51,256 nucleotides of DNA, from contig CAMLSW010000001.1 in NCBI GenBank assembly GCA_946484195.1, forward strand, positions 1 through 51,256. Direction: 5' to 3'. A program made the position numbers and the translations under genes. This DNA comes from an uncultured Clostridia bacterium (GTDB lineage: Bacteria > Bacillota > Clostridia > Christensenellales > UBA1242). This document shows positions 18,321 through 29,600 of this stretch, in pieces; positions within the stretch are counted from its first letter, which is position 1; every line of letters starts with the position of its first letter. The notes beneath the pieces were generated by a model. That model was not told where the DNA came from. It searched no databases and saw nothing but the letters and a program-made list of their open reading frames with translations.

Positions 18321-19424
18321 ATGTTAGAAAACAAGATTGACAAAGAAAATGCTATAGTAGTTGCAGTTTGCACCAAAAAAGGAGACGCACTTAAGCGAAA
18401 GATAGACGAAATATCTCGCCTAGCTTTTTCCGCTGACCTTAATGTTGTAAAAGATTTTTATCAAATTGTAAAAGATTTTAACAAGGCGACAGTGCTAGGA
18501 AGTGGAAAGGTTAAGGAGATAAAGGAGTACATCGATACTTGCGAAGAGATTATAGACGTGGTGATTGTCGACTACGCTCTCACTGGCTCTCAAATGAAAA
18601 ATCTTTCAAAAGAATTTAATGTGAAAGTTATAGATAGGGTTGGGCTTATTATTGATATTTTTGCAAGAGGTGCAAAGTCGAGAGAGGCAAAACTTCAAGT
18701 GAAACTCGCGCAAGACCTATATCTCTTGCCACGCCTATCTGAGTTTCAAGGTACAAGCGGGCGATATGGAAGTGCGGGAGTTGGTATGCGTGGACCGGGC
18801 GAGACAAAACTTGAGCTTAACAGGCGTGTTCTTGAAAAGGAAATGGAGTCTTTGCGAAAACAGATTGAAAAGATAAAGTCTCAGCGTCAATCTACGAGGA
18901 AGGAAAGACTAAAATCTTCTCAACCTAAAATCGCCCTTGTTGGATACACCAACGCTGGCAAGTCAAGCCTCTTAAATACGCTTGTTAAAGAGAACATCTA
19001 TGCCGACGATAAATATTTTGCAACCCTTGACACCACGACAAGACGACTTTATCTAGACCAAGACAAGCAGGCAATCATAACAGATACTGTTGGCTTTATA
19101 AGTGACCTCCCTCATCAACTTGTCGATGCCTTTTCTTCAACACTTGAAGAGGCGGTTGACGCCGACCTATTACTTCACGTCGTTGATATTTCGCTGACAA
19201 ACGAGGAGAACGGAGAAAAGGAGTATGAGTCAAATATAAGGGTGACAAATCAGCTTTTAGATAAACTAGGTGCCACAAAAAATAGATTGCTGGTGCTAAA
19301 TAAGTCTGATCTTCTCGAGGGGCCTATTGTTATAAAAGAAAATGAAGTTTTGGTATCAACAAAAACTAAGAGAGGTATAGAACTTTTAATAAATAAAATA
19401 AAAGAAAATTTAATTAAAGAATAA
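18321..19424 (+). CDS. hflX: GTPase HflX
   Basis: G1 GYTNAGKSSLLN, G3 DTVGF and G4 NKSD are present, with the HflX N-terminal domain (VIDRVGLIIDIFARGAKSREAKLQV). Start set at ATG 18321 because TTG 18282 lies upstream of the promoter. Confidence 0.88.
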   Translation: MLENKIDKENAIVVAVCTKKGDALKRKIDEISRLAFSADLNVVKDFYQIVKDFNKATVLGSGKVKEIKEYIDTCEEIIDVVIVDYALTGSQMKNLSKEFNVKVIDRVGLIIDIFARGAKSREAKLQVKLAQDLYLLPRLSEFQGTSGRYGSAGVGMRGPGETKLELNRRVLEKEMESLRKQIEKIKSQRQSTRKERLKSSQPKIALVGYTNAGKSSLLNTLVKENIYADDKYFATLDTTTRRLYLDQDKQAIITDTVGFISDLPHQLVDAFSSTLEEAVDADLLLHVVDISLTNEENGEKEYESNIRVTNQLLDKLGATKNRLLVLNKSDLLEGPIVIKENEVLVSTKTKRGIELLINKIKENLIKE

Positions 19425-19440
19425 AAAGCAAAAAAACAAT

Positions 19441-19469
19441 AAAAATCACGATAAATTCGTGATTTTTTT
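19441..19469 (+). terminator. intrinsic terminator of hflX
   Basis: AAAAATCACG / CGTGATTTTT form a stem with loop ATAAATT, followed by a T-run. Confidence 0.65.
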
Positions 19470-19588
19470 GAAAAACTAATTTAAAATTAAATTAAAAATA
19501 TTTTTAACGCAAAAATTATAATTAAAACAAACAAAAATTTACAATAAAAATAAAATTAATGTTTTTTTAATAAAAATTAAAAATATTT

Positions 19589-19819
19589 TTATTTATTTTC
19601 TACTTTATGATTTTGTTTGTATACTTCGTTTAATTTTTTAACCAAAAAGTCAGCATCAACTTCGTGTACAGCTGCTGCTTCTTCAACCGTCTCCTCAAGC
19701 CCTAAATGACAGAATATGCAGTGCATCCCAAAGCCTAAAAACACTTCTCCAAGGCTTTCATCAAGAGCTAGAACGTCATCAATAATCATATCTTTTGTAA
19801 TCTTTTTTATTTTTTCCAT
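19589..19819 (-). CDS. DUF1858 / hybrid-cluster-protein-associated redox disulfide domain protein (76 aa)
   Basis: ITKDMIIDDVLALDESLGEVFLGFGMHCIFCHLGLEETVEEAAAVHEVDADFLVKKLN is the typical DUF1858 pattern with a CxxC motif. Confidence 0.75.
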   Translation of the reverse strand: MEKIKKITKDMIIDDVLALDESLGEVFLGFGMHCIFCHLGLEETVEEAAAVHEVDADFLVKKLNEVYKQNHKVENK

Positions 19820-19825
19820 ATTTTT

Positions 19826-19853
19826 ATTATACAAAATATTAGTAAAAAGTCAA
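19826..19853 (-). promoter_or_regulatory. sigma-A promoter placed for a leaderless transcript (minus strand)
   Basis: On the minus strand: TTGACT (19853-19848), a 16-nt spacer, TATAAT (19831-19826), then 6 nt (AAAAAT) to ATG 19819. Confidence 0.6.
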
Positions 19854-19954
19854 TTATTTTGATTAAATTCTATATTAAAAAATAAAAACAATGTCATTTT
19901 TTGTAATATTTTGCTTTTTAATCATAAAATAAAATTTAATGTATACTTTATAGT

Positions 19955-20638
19955 ATGGAAAAAATAAGTAACAATATTTCAAAAAAAGTTATTTCACTAA
20001 ATGAAGGTGAGTTTATAGGTTATATTTTAGACGCTGTTTTTGATGAGGACCTTGACAGCCTTCAAGGCTTTTTGGTGGTTGATGATGAAAGCGAAGAGAC
20101 CTTTATATTAAATAAAGAAAATATTAAGTCGGTGGGCGATGACTGTATAATGATGGATAGCACGCATAATTTAAAACGTTTTTTTGATGAAGACACCTTT
20201 AATCCAATAGGCAAGAATGTCTACGACGCAAACGGTGTCTACCTTGGCACAGTCATAGATGTGGTTGTTCAAGGACGAGCTGTCAGGCGAATAATTACCG
20301 ACAAATGCGAGTTTTTTAAACGAAATATACGTAAAATTGGCAAAAATAACATAATTTTTGGCAAAAAGTCTTTAAAAAACACTAAAAGACAAGCTTTATT
20401 TGTCATTGACGAAAGTCTCAACCAAAAGGTGACAACTTTAAGTGTAAAAGAAAAGCAGTCCAAGCCTTATAGAATTTTTGCAAATCAAAGTTCTATAATC
20501 GGCAGGACTATGACGAGTGATTTGTATGGCTATAACAATGAAATAATCGCAAAAAAATTTGATATAATAAATCAAAATATAATAAATAGGGCAAAATTGC
20601 ACAATAAATTAAATTTTTTGCTCTATTATAGTAAATAA
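19955..20638 (+). CDS. tandem PRC-barrel domain protein (YlmC/YmxH-related)
   Basis: It has two PRC-barrel-like segments (ISLNEGEFIGYILDAVFDEDLDSLQGFLVVDD...IKSVGDDCIMM and IGKNVYDANGVYLGTVIDVVVQGRAVRRII). TATACT lies 7 nt upstream of the ATG and no RBS is present. Confidence 0.6.
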   Translation: MEKISNNISKKVISLNEGEFIGYILDAVFDEDLDSLQGFLVVDDESEETFILNKENIKSVGDDCIMMDSTHNLKRFFDEDTFNPIGKNVYDANGVYLGTVIDVVVQGRAVRRIITDKCEFFKRNIRKIGKNNIIFGKKSLKNTKRQALFVIDESLNQKVTTLSVKEKQSKPYRIFANQSSIIGRTMTSDLYGYNNEIIAKKFDIINQNIINRAKLHNKLNFLLYYSK

Positions 20639-20713
20639 CAATAATTAGAATTTTTAATAAAATAATAATAAATACAAAAAATATGTAAAATCTCGCGCAA
20701 TCGTTTGTATTTT

Positions 20714-20722
20714 TGCTATAAT
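20714..20722 (+). promoter_or_regulatory. extended -10 element upstream of the VirB4-like gene
   Basis: TGcTATAAT (20714-20722) lies 30 nt upstream of ATG 20752. No good -35 box is present. The GAGG RBS is at 20743-20746. Confidence 0.4.
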
Positions 20723-20751
20723 TTGTAGTAAAATAAATTAGCGAGGTAAAT

Positions 20752-23430
20752 ATGGTTAGAATTGTACCTAGAAGGACAAAGGTAAAACTTGAATTTGTAA
20801 GAGGATTTACAGCAATTGATTTGCTTCTTGCTGCTATTGCTGCGGTTGTGCTTATAGTTTTGATTGCAGCCAATTTTTCTGGACATATCTGGGTGGCTAT
20901 GGTATGGGCAATCTTTGCTATAGCAATGTTTTTTAAAATTGCAGATAGCGACAGGTTTTACGTCACCATAACACACCTTGTTAGGTTTTCAATGCAAAAG
21001 AAGAAGTATGAAAAAACGCCTAAGTCAGGGAAATCTAACATTAAGAACATTATACCATTTGAATCAATTTATCAAGATAGGTGCATCTCTTATGGTAATT
21101 ACTACGCAGAAGTGCTTGAAGTTAAACCTATTTTGTTTGAACTATTAAATGAATACAGCCAAAACAATGTCATAGATATTGGGTTTGGTAACGCTCTGCG
21201 TAGACTTGACGATAATCAAGTATGCGAAATCGTCAAAATCAACAAGGCGATGGTGCTTGACAACTTTGCCTATAATGAGAATAGAAAATATGATAGACTT
21301 CTTGACCAACTCTACGAACATCAGATGTCTCAAGAAGAGGTTGACGCAAGAGCACCTATTTTTGAAGAGAGGGTTGCCTTCATCGAAGATAGAAATAGAA
21401 ATAACAAGATTTATAAAGATTACTTTTACCTTGTTGTTTTAGGAAAAGATATTGAGGCACTTGAAAACACTGTCAATGGTATGGCTGCGTCACTATCAAC
21501 AGCACTCACACCAGTTACCACAAGAAGATTGACTGGAAGTGAACTTGCAATCTTCCTTCGTGCAAACTATAACAGAGAATTTAACGAAAGAGAGCTTGAG
21601 TCGGTGCCATTTTCTGAATACATCAACTGGGCAACTCCTGAGAAAATCAAGTTCTCGTCTGCTAGATACAATATTGATGGCAATTATTATCGTACATATG
21701 CGATTACTGAATATCCACTGCAGGTGGGCAACGCTTGGGGGGCATCCTTCTTCTTGCTAGACCGAACAAAAGTTGTAATGAAATTTAAAAAAGCACCAAA
21801 GTTTGATTCAGAGAAGAAGATAGATAAAGCCATAATGGATATGGAAACAAGGCTTTATAAGACAGGTAAAAGTAGTACAAGAATTGAAATTACAACACAC
21901 CTTCAAACTCTTCGAAACCTGCTTGCCGAGCTTAAAAATAACAACCAACAGCTCTATGACGTAAACACTTTCATTACTTGTGAGGAGGCAGCAAGAAAGG
22001 ACGTTAAGGCTGTGCTTAAGCAAGAGGGCTTTAGGTATACCGAACTTTTTGCAAGACAAATTGATGCCTTTATCAGCACAGGTATATCAATGAGAGATAA
22101 TATTAAAGAGCTTCAAAGAGGTATTCCTACATATACTCTTGCCGGCGTGTTCCCATTTGTTTCGTCAGAACTTCAAGATGAAAATGGCTTCTATATTGGA
22201 GATAACGAGTACCCTGTGTTTGTAGACTTTTTCAAGCGTGACGCTCAAAGAGTTAACTCTAATATGATGATTATTGGTAAGTCTGGCTCAGGTAAATCCT
22301 TCGCGACTAAGACACTGCTTGCAAACTTCGCCGCCGACAACACTAAAATCTTCATATGCGACCCTGAAAAAGAGTACGCAAAACTGACCGACAGTTTGAA
22401 AGGTAAACTAATAGATGTAGGTTCATCTTTGCAAGGTATCATCAATCCTTTCCACGTTATTAGAGCGCTAGATAAGGACGAGGATGAAAAGGTAAAACTC
22501 GACGAAAACGGCAATGAGATAGAGGAAGAGAAAAAAGACGACTCATTCAACCAGCACCTTCAATTCCTTGAGCAGTTCTTTAGAACAATTCTAGAAGGTA
22601 TCTCTTCAGACGCCTTTGAGATTATCAACTCACTCGTTCTTGACCTGTATGCAAGGTTTAATATTGATGAGACAACCGAACTTAAGAATTTGACACCAAA
22701 TGATTATCCAACCTTTGACGACCTTTACGCACTCCTTCAAGAGAGGCTTAGAACGGCGAAAGAGGAGTTCACGCTCAACAATCTTCGTGTCGCAGAGGCG
22801 TACATAAGAAAATTTGCAAAGGGCGGACGTAACTCAAACCTTTGGAATGGTCCAACCTCAATCGAGACCAACGAAAACTTTGTTTGTTTCAACTTCCAAT
22901 CCTTGATTGCAGGTAACAACGATATGCTTACAAACGCTCAAATGCTTTTGGTATTCAAATATATTGAAAACGAAATCATCAACAATAAGGACTATAACAA
23001 GATACATAACACCAATAGAAAGATTATCGTAGTCGTTGACGAGGCGCACACCTTCATCAACCCTAAATATCCAATAGCCTTAAACTTTATGACAGCAATG
23101 GCTAAACGTATACGTAAGTATGGTGGTATGCAAGTTGTTATTACACAAAACATCAACGACTTCGTAGGTTCTGAAGAAATAAAACGTCAGTCAACTGCGG
23201 TTATTAATGCCTGCCAGTACTCACTTATCTTCTCGCTTTCACCTAATGACGTTAACGACCTTATTGAGCTTTACAAAAACTCGGGTGGTATCAATAGAGA
23301 GGAGCGTAACAGGATTGTTTCAGCTCAGGTTGGACAAGCCTTCGTTATCACAGCTCCAACCGCAAGAACAATGGTTCAAATAAGACCGCTTGACTACGTC
23401 GTTTCAATCTTCAAAGAGAAAAACGAGTAG
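20752..23430 (+). CDS. VirB4-family type IV secretion ATPase with a fused N-terminal VirB3/PrgI-like two-helix membrane domain (892 aa)
   Basis: The N-terminus has two TM helices in the PrgI pattern (RRTKVKLEFVRGFTAIDLLLAAIAAVVLIVLIA...WVAMVWAIFAIAMFFKI..DRFYVTITHLVRF). A VirB4 N-domain is present (YGNYYAEVLEVKPILF, YRTYAITEYPLQVGNAWGASFF). Walker A is GKSGSGKS (nt 22276-22299), followed by CDPEKEY. Walker B is IIVVVDEAH (nt 23023-23049). Confidence 0.85.
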   Translation: MVRIVPRRTKVKLEFVRGFTAIDLLLAAIAAVVLIVLIAANFSGHIWVAMVWAIFAIAMFFKIADSDRFYVTITHLVRFSMQKKKYEKTPKSGKSNIKNIIPFESIYQDRCISYGNYYAEVLEVKPILFELLNEYSQNNVIDIGFGNALRRLDDNQVCEIVKINKAMVLDNFAYNENRKYDRLLDQLYEHQMSQEEVDARAPIFEERVAFIEDRNRNNKIYKDYFYLVVLGKDIEALENTVNGMAASLSTALTPVTTRRLTGSELAIFLRANYNREFNERELESVPFSEYINWATPEKIKFSSARYNIDGNYYRTYAITEYPLQVGNAWGASFFLLDRTKVVMKFKKAPKFDSEKKIDKAIMDMETRLYKTGKSSTRIEITTHLQTLRNLLAELKNNNQQLYDVNTFITCEEAARKDVKAVLKQEGFRYTELFARQIDAFISTGISMRDNIKELQRGIPTYTLAGVFPFVSSELQDENGFYIGDNEYPVFVDFFKRDAQRVNSNMMIIGKSGSGKSFATKTLLANFAADNTKIFICDPEKEYAKLTDSLKGKLIDVGSSLQGIINPFHVIRALDKDEDEKVKLDENGNEIEEEKKDDSFNQHLQFLEQFFRTILEGISSDAFEIINSLVLDLYARFNIDETTELKNLTPNDYPTFDDLYALLQERLRTAKEEFTLNNLRVAEAYIRKFAKGGRNSNLWNGPTSIETNENFVCFNFQSLIAGNNDMLTNAQMLLVFKYIENEIINNKDYNKIHNTNRKIIVVVDEAHTFINPKYPIALNFMTAMAKRIRKYGGMQVVITQNINDFVGSEEIKRQSTAVINACQYSLIFSLSPNDVNDLIELYKNSGGINREERNRIVSAQVGQAFVITAPTARTMVQIRPLDYVVSIFKEKNE

Positions 23431-23692
23431 TTTGCATATATGCTTTATTATATATGGTATATATAATATAATAATCTTATAGTTAAAAATAACTTTATGA
23501 CCATAAACAAAAAACAGATAAACTTGTGGAAATAAAACACAAATTTATCTTGAAAAATATATTCTTGACCTTAAAGATTAGGCAAATAAAAAACAGATGA
23601 AACGGTCAAGATAAGACCTAAGGTCTTAACACAAGACCTAATAAAAATCAAAAAACTTACAAGGATAACAAAATCAAAAGAAGGTAGGTGAT

Positions 23693-26600
23693 ATGACAAA
23701 ATCTAATAAATTAAGTATTTTTATATTTAGTTTGCTACTTGTCGTTGCAAGCCTTCTTTTTGTTGCTTGTGGAGAGAAAGATTACTCAAATGTTTATATA
23801 ACTTCATCACAAGACACGGTTGAGCTTTTTGTAGGTGAGGAACAAAATGTAACCTTAACTATAAATAATCCAATCAGTGATATGAGTAATGCCTTTATTT
23901 ATAACCCGCCTCAAAACGGAGTTTATACTGTAGAGCTTTTTAATACCTCATCTTATTCTACAACCTATACAATTAGTGCAATAAAGGGTGGAGAAGAGGA
24001 GTTTACAGTTAGAACAAGTGAAGGCAATATCAGTTATTCTATCAATATCATAGTAAGAGAGTATAGTGACAGTCTAACTGCAAAAGAAAGCTCTTTATAT
24101 GTTTCTTTGTCGCGTATGTATGAGCCAAGCTCCGCTGACTTTAACTTTTCAGACAACTCAACAGAAAGAGACCTTGATTTCTATTTCTATGGCGTAACAA
24201 GCGAGCAAATTGATGAAGAAGACCTTATGCAAAATGAGCAATTTATCAATAAGTTCAGCCGAGTTAACCTTGTAGAGCAAGATGGAAATCAATATTTAGT
24301 TTTTGAGGAAGAAGATGCACTCTACACGCTTTCTCAACCTTCATCACACAATCAAGGTACAAGATATAGCCTTGTGGAGATAGAAGAGATCGATGGACTG
24401 TATAACTTTGAGCAAGCTGGCGGGCAAAGTGTAAGCGCAGGGGATGAATTTACTTTCCTTGCTGTATATACTCTGACAGATGGCTCGATTTTAACTTGTC
24501 AAAGAAACTTTTATATTTTATCTGATATCAATTATGATAGCATTTCTCACGATTTTGGCTATAAGATAGTTGAGTATGACTACACGCCTGGTTCTGACTA
24601 TCTTTACAAGATGAGTGGTAGCGAAAACGGGGATATAACATTGGTGCCAAGTTATAGAAGTGCCATTGAAAGCGGTTTCTTCGTAGGTAATACTGCTGAT
24701 TTTGTGACCGCATATTTAGAAGTAACAATGGAAACTCAGTCAGACCTACTCAATGTAAGGGCATCTAATAGTGATAATAGTAATATTATAAACACTCAAA
24801 AACTTGGTCAACTTTCTCAAGATGGCTACACAACATATTATTATCAAATAAATTGCGCAACTTCAAGTTATGCAAGCACAAACTTTAATTTAACATTCTA
24901 TTATGAAGGGTTTGAAAATAGTGAGGATAGTAACGTCAACTTTACATATAGCGTACCAGTTCAAGTTAGGGTAATTCCAACAAATCTTCTTCTTAATGAT
25001 ATAGACCTTGAAGACACTGAACAGGTGTTCACTTTCTATAACTATTATGCGCCAGGCAATTCAATCGGCTGGCAAAGATTTAACCTATCTTTAAACCCAG
25101 AAGATGCGGAATACGACTCTGTAGTGATAAACTTGACAGGTACTGGGCTTCGAATTAGATATAATGGTACATATTATTCTGATGAGGACAATGATCCGAT
25201 TTTAACATTAACATCACTTGATGAGCCAATCTATATTAAAGGTGTCGATAATGCTCCTATATCTTATGAGACACAAGAACTTCCAATCACCTTAAATTTC
25301 AATGTTTTACAACAAGGTAGCATCCAAACTTCTATGAAGTATCAGATACTTCAAGGTGTAACTGATATTAGATATATAGATGAAGAACTCGCAGATAGGG
25401 TGTATATCGACCTAAATCAAGGTGAGATAGAATTTTTGCAGTTGTATGCAGATGCTCATTTTGAAGAGATAACCATTACAAGAGATTCTGGTAGCAGTGT
25501 GGTAAGGTTTGTACTTGGCAATGAGCCATATAGACTAGAAGGCGGGAGATATATTCTTAATATCAGTATTGTGCCTCTTAGCATTGGAAGTGGTAGCTAT
25601 ACTGTTTCGCTTGACAATGGTGAGCAAATACCTTTATACATTACTGTCGATGAAAGTTTGACATCGGTTTCTATAACCTCACAAAATCAACAAAATTCAA
25701 TTAGATACAGCGAAAATTTAACTGAAGATGATAGAAATTCAACGCTTTTCTATGTCTATAATCGTGATGGACAAAATACATTCTTTGACGTTCAAGTTGT
25801 GGCAAATGGCAATCAAGATTCTTCAGCTATAAACAGCATTCAGTTTAATACATCCTCTGCAATTATAACAATCGGCGATTCAACCAACAATAATAAAAAT
25901 TTCAATGTCTATATTGGTCAAAATGGTTCTAGCACGCTTACACTTGCTGTCGATGGTATTTTAATTGAGAATTTTAAACCACAAAACACAACTCTCTACT
26001 ATTATCTAGATATAGTAGGTTTTAACTATATCGAGGCACTAAATGTGTACAAAGAGAGTGATGGTAGGGGCGAATATATAGATGAAACTAGTGCGGTTGA
26101 AACTTTGAATAGCTATGGGATAAACGCCGCTTATGCCGATGTATTTTCTGGAACAAATATAATTGACGCAAGGTCAGTTAAATTCAATGTCACAATCAAT
26201 AATGATAGTGCATACCTTTTTGCTGACCCAGCTCTTTTAAATCAGCCAGTTAGAGATGCTTACGTCCAAAGTACATTTGAAGATAGATTTGTTTACTGGG
26301 AAACTGACTGGAGCTCTGGCATAACTTTAAATGGTCAGCAAGTAAGTATTATGTACTACGACAGTGAAAACCTAAATAGTAATGTCTATACTTTGCAAGG
26401 AATAGGGACATTTGACACCTCTACTATGACATTTACCGCTCTTGCAAACCTTGAGAACCCGAGAAACTTCAAACTCATCGCACACGTAAGACAATATGGC
26501 TATGTTTACTCATATACAATCAATGTTCGCATTTCAGTTTATGAAGAGGTTGACAACATCACACTTCAAGACGCATTGACAAGTCTTGAGTTTACATCAA

Positions 26601-29600
26601 CTGAAAGAGAATTATCATTGATTGCATATCCAACCAATTCAACAGCTACAAATGGCGAAATAGTTGCTCTTTTTGATGGTGGGCAGATACCAACAGGAAA
26701 CGGCAATGAAACTGTTAGTATGATAACAGAAGAAGGCATCCGCTATATTGAAAGTGATGGTAGATACCAGATAATTTTGACTGTCAATGACGAATTTGTT
26801 CGTTACGCCGAAACATACACGCAAGAGATGGAAGGCAGGCTTAGAATAGTTGCAAGAGATTGGCTTGACGAAAACAACAATCTTTACAGCGAGTACAGCA
26901 GTAGAGTCATTGAAATTCCTGTATACTTTGCAAACGGTACTGAGCAAAACAGGTTCACTTTAGAGACCGCTGAAGATGTTGCCAATATGAACTTGTCGGC
27001 ACACTATAAAGTTAGCACAACAATAGATATATCTTCAATAAGTGGCAGTTTGCCTTTAGGAGAACTAACAGGTTCTATCGTTGGCACAGGTGAGTATGCC
27101 TCAATCACAGGAATAAGTATTCTAAATGGTGAGAGCTCTGGTGGAAATAATTACTATGGACTATTCACCTCAATAGCAGAGGGTGCTTATATCGAATATA
27201 TTTCTTTCTCAGGTGAGTTTAATGTCGGAACAAGAAACAACCTTCAATCTTTTGCGCCAGCCAATAGTTATATAGGCTTGATTGCTGGTATCAATAATGG
27301 CTCGCTAATAAATATTGGCGTGACGATTGATACGTCGGTTGTCAATATGGTCAGCGGACAGTTTGGTGGTGTTGTTGGCTTAAATAATGGTCTTATTTTG
27401 CAAGATTATACTCTGTTCGAAGATAACGACTCAGACACAAGGTCTTACACACTCGAACAACTTGAAAGTGACAACAGTATTGGCAATGGAAGATACAGCT
27501 ATGCAAATCTCACACCAAAGATTTTAGTTTACTATACAGGTGATGTATATGTGTATTACAACTCAAGCTATAGAGGCGGGGGAAATAGCGCTAGCACCTA
27601 TTTAGGCGGGGCAATAGGTTACAATAGAGGTAGTGTCAGAAAGGTTGACTCTAAAATTTTAACTTTTACTGGCTATACAAACTATATGGCTTATTCTTTG
27701 CTCGAGGTATCACCATATGTGCTTACCTCTGAAAATCCTGCCAATGTTTCTTATGTTGGTGGATTAATAGGCTCAAGCAGTAACGGAAGTATTATTGAAA
27801 GCGGTTACAACATTTATCAAGACAGCCTTTTAACCTTTACGAAATACTTGCAGTATGCTGGCTCTAACGACAATGACCACACAAATGATTACACAGGCGG
27901 TCAGGGAATTGTCGTTGGCGGTGAGGTTAGTGGCTATAACTATGTTGGAGGCGTTGTTGGATATATTGCCGAGATAGGCGAAAGCGGTATCTTGATGGAC
28001 AACTTCACAGGTATAACTTCAAGATGCTTTGTTAGAGGACGCCTTGCCTCAGCCAACTCAAATATGGCAAATGTTGCTGGCATTGCAAACATAAGCTCAG
28101 CTGAAACCTTGCGTACAGCCTTTGCTATGCAGGCGGTCGATGAGGGCGGAGCAGGCATAAACGCTTCAATGATTATATTGTACTACACCTCAGTTGTAAA
28201 CGACTACTTTGTAGACGCATCCAATAACATAGCAAACACAAATAAGCTTGCCTTTGGTATTTCACCATACAATAACGCCGATGTTATGTATGGAATTGAA
28301 GGCGAGTCGCAAGTCAATAAAAATTATACCAATGTAACAACATATGTAATATCAAGAGAAAAACTTATAAAAGATGAAAGTTCTATGCCTATAAGCAGCT
28401 ATAATAGAACAAGTTATTATGGCGACTTTATAGTAGTTGGCTCTAACGAAAGCGGAGACTTGCTTTTAGGGCAATCATTCTTTATAGAAGGTGATGAAGA
28501 ATTCTTGTCACTTGACCCTAAATTTAACAACCAGCTTATCGCAGAAAATCCATTGAATTATAGTGGTGTCGGCAACAAAGAGGTGTACTATATGTACTAC
28601 TTTGGTGCGTCGCTTGCAAATTCAGATAGTAGTCAAAACTACCAAGATTTGCTTGACGAATATTTAAATTACGTAAATTATAACAGTATAATTTATCCGT
28701 TTATTACTAATGGCGAGATGATTTTCTCATCTAACACGCGTGATATTTTAACAATTGACCAAAACGGAAGAATAAACGTCAAAGCAACAGGACTTGCACA
28801 AATTTCGGCAAGTAGTGTACTAAATACAAACAACGCTTTAGAGTTTTATATCTATGTTGTCGACTATTTTAATCCTGATGAGGATAGCTTTACATCAAAT
28901 AGTGAGGATACATCTATAATATATCCTAGTGGCTCAATCAATTCAACACCAATAAGCGACACTACCATTAATTTAAGAGGTGAAAATAGTGCATCTCTAT
29001 ATGTAAGACCACATTATTCGCTTGAGATTGACTTGCCTACAGCTGATGGCACCAATTTAAGCTTTGTTTCTGACGCAACAGGTCTTGCAAGACTTAGCAA
29101 TGTTGTATTCTACCTTAATACAAACACTTTGGTATCAGCAGAAGTTACAAGTATAACTCGACTTGATGGTGAGGAGACAATCAGCGCTACAAGCGAACTT
29201 GATATTGATGTCACCGGTCAAACTTTGACAATTAGAAAGAATGAAAATACCATTGAGACCGACTATAAACTTAAGATAACACCAAAACTGTCATTGAGTT
29301 TTGTTGAAGTTGAAACAACAAACAATAACTTAGTCAATATTGTGTATTCATCAAATGTAAATAAAGAGCTTGATAATGTAACAATTAATTACAAAAAGGG
29401 TGCACTTAGTATTAACAATTCAAAATACATAGAAGTGCCACTAATATCAAGCAAGCAAATTGTTGATACTATAATAATCAATTCGACGGCAGTGGAAGAG
29501 GAGCCTTATTATTACATCACAAACGCAGATGGCGAAAATGTCCAGGGCAGTGAATGGTTAAAACAACTTAATTACAGTTTCATCTACGACACTAATGATG

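Noticed and set aside
20508-20976. Two minus-strand ORFs (121 aa and 86 aa) spanning the PRC-barrel/VirB4 intergenic region.
   Set aside because: They run antisense across a promoter, an RBS and the conserved 5' end of the VirB4-like gene. Their products are low-complexity and they lack translation signals.
22245-22550. 101-aa minus-strand ORF inside the VirB4-like gene. Similar antisense ORFs occur at 6178-6459, 21808-22059, 40239-40619 and elsewhere.
   Set aside because: They are entirely nested antisense to strongly supported conserved genes. They have Ser/Phe-rich or random-looking products and no start-site signals.
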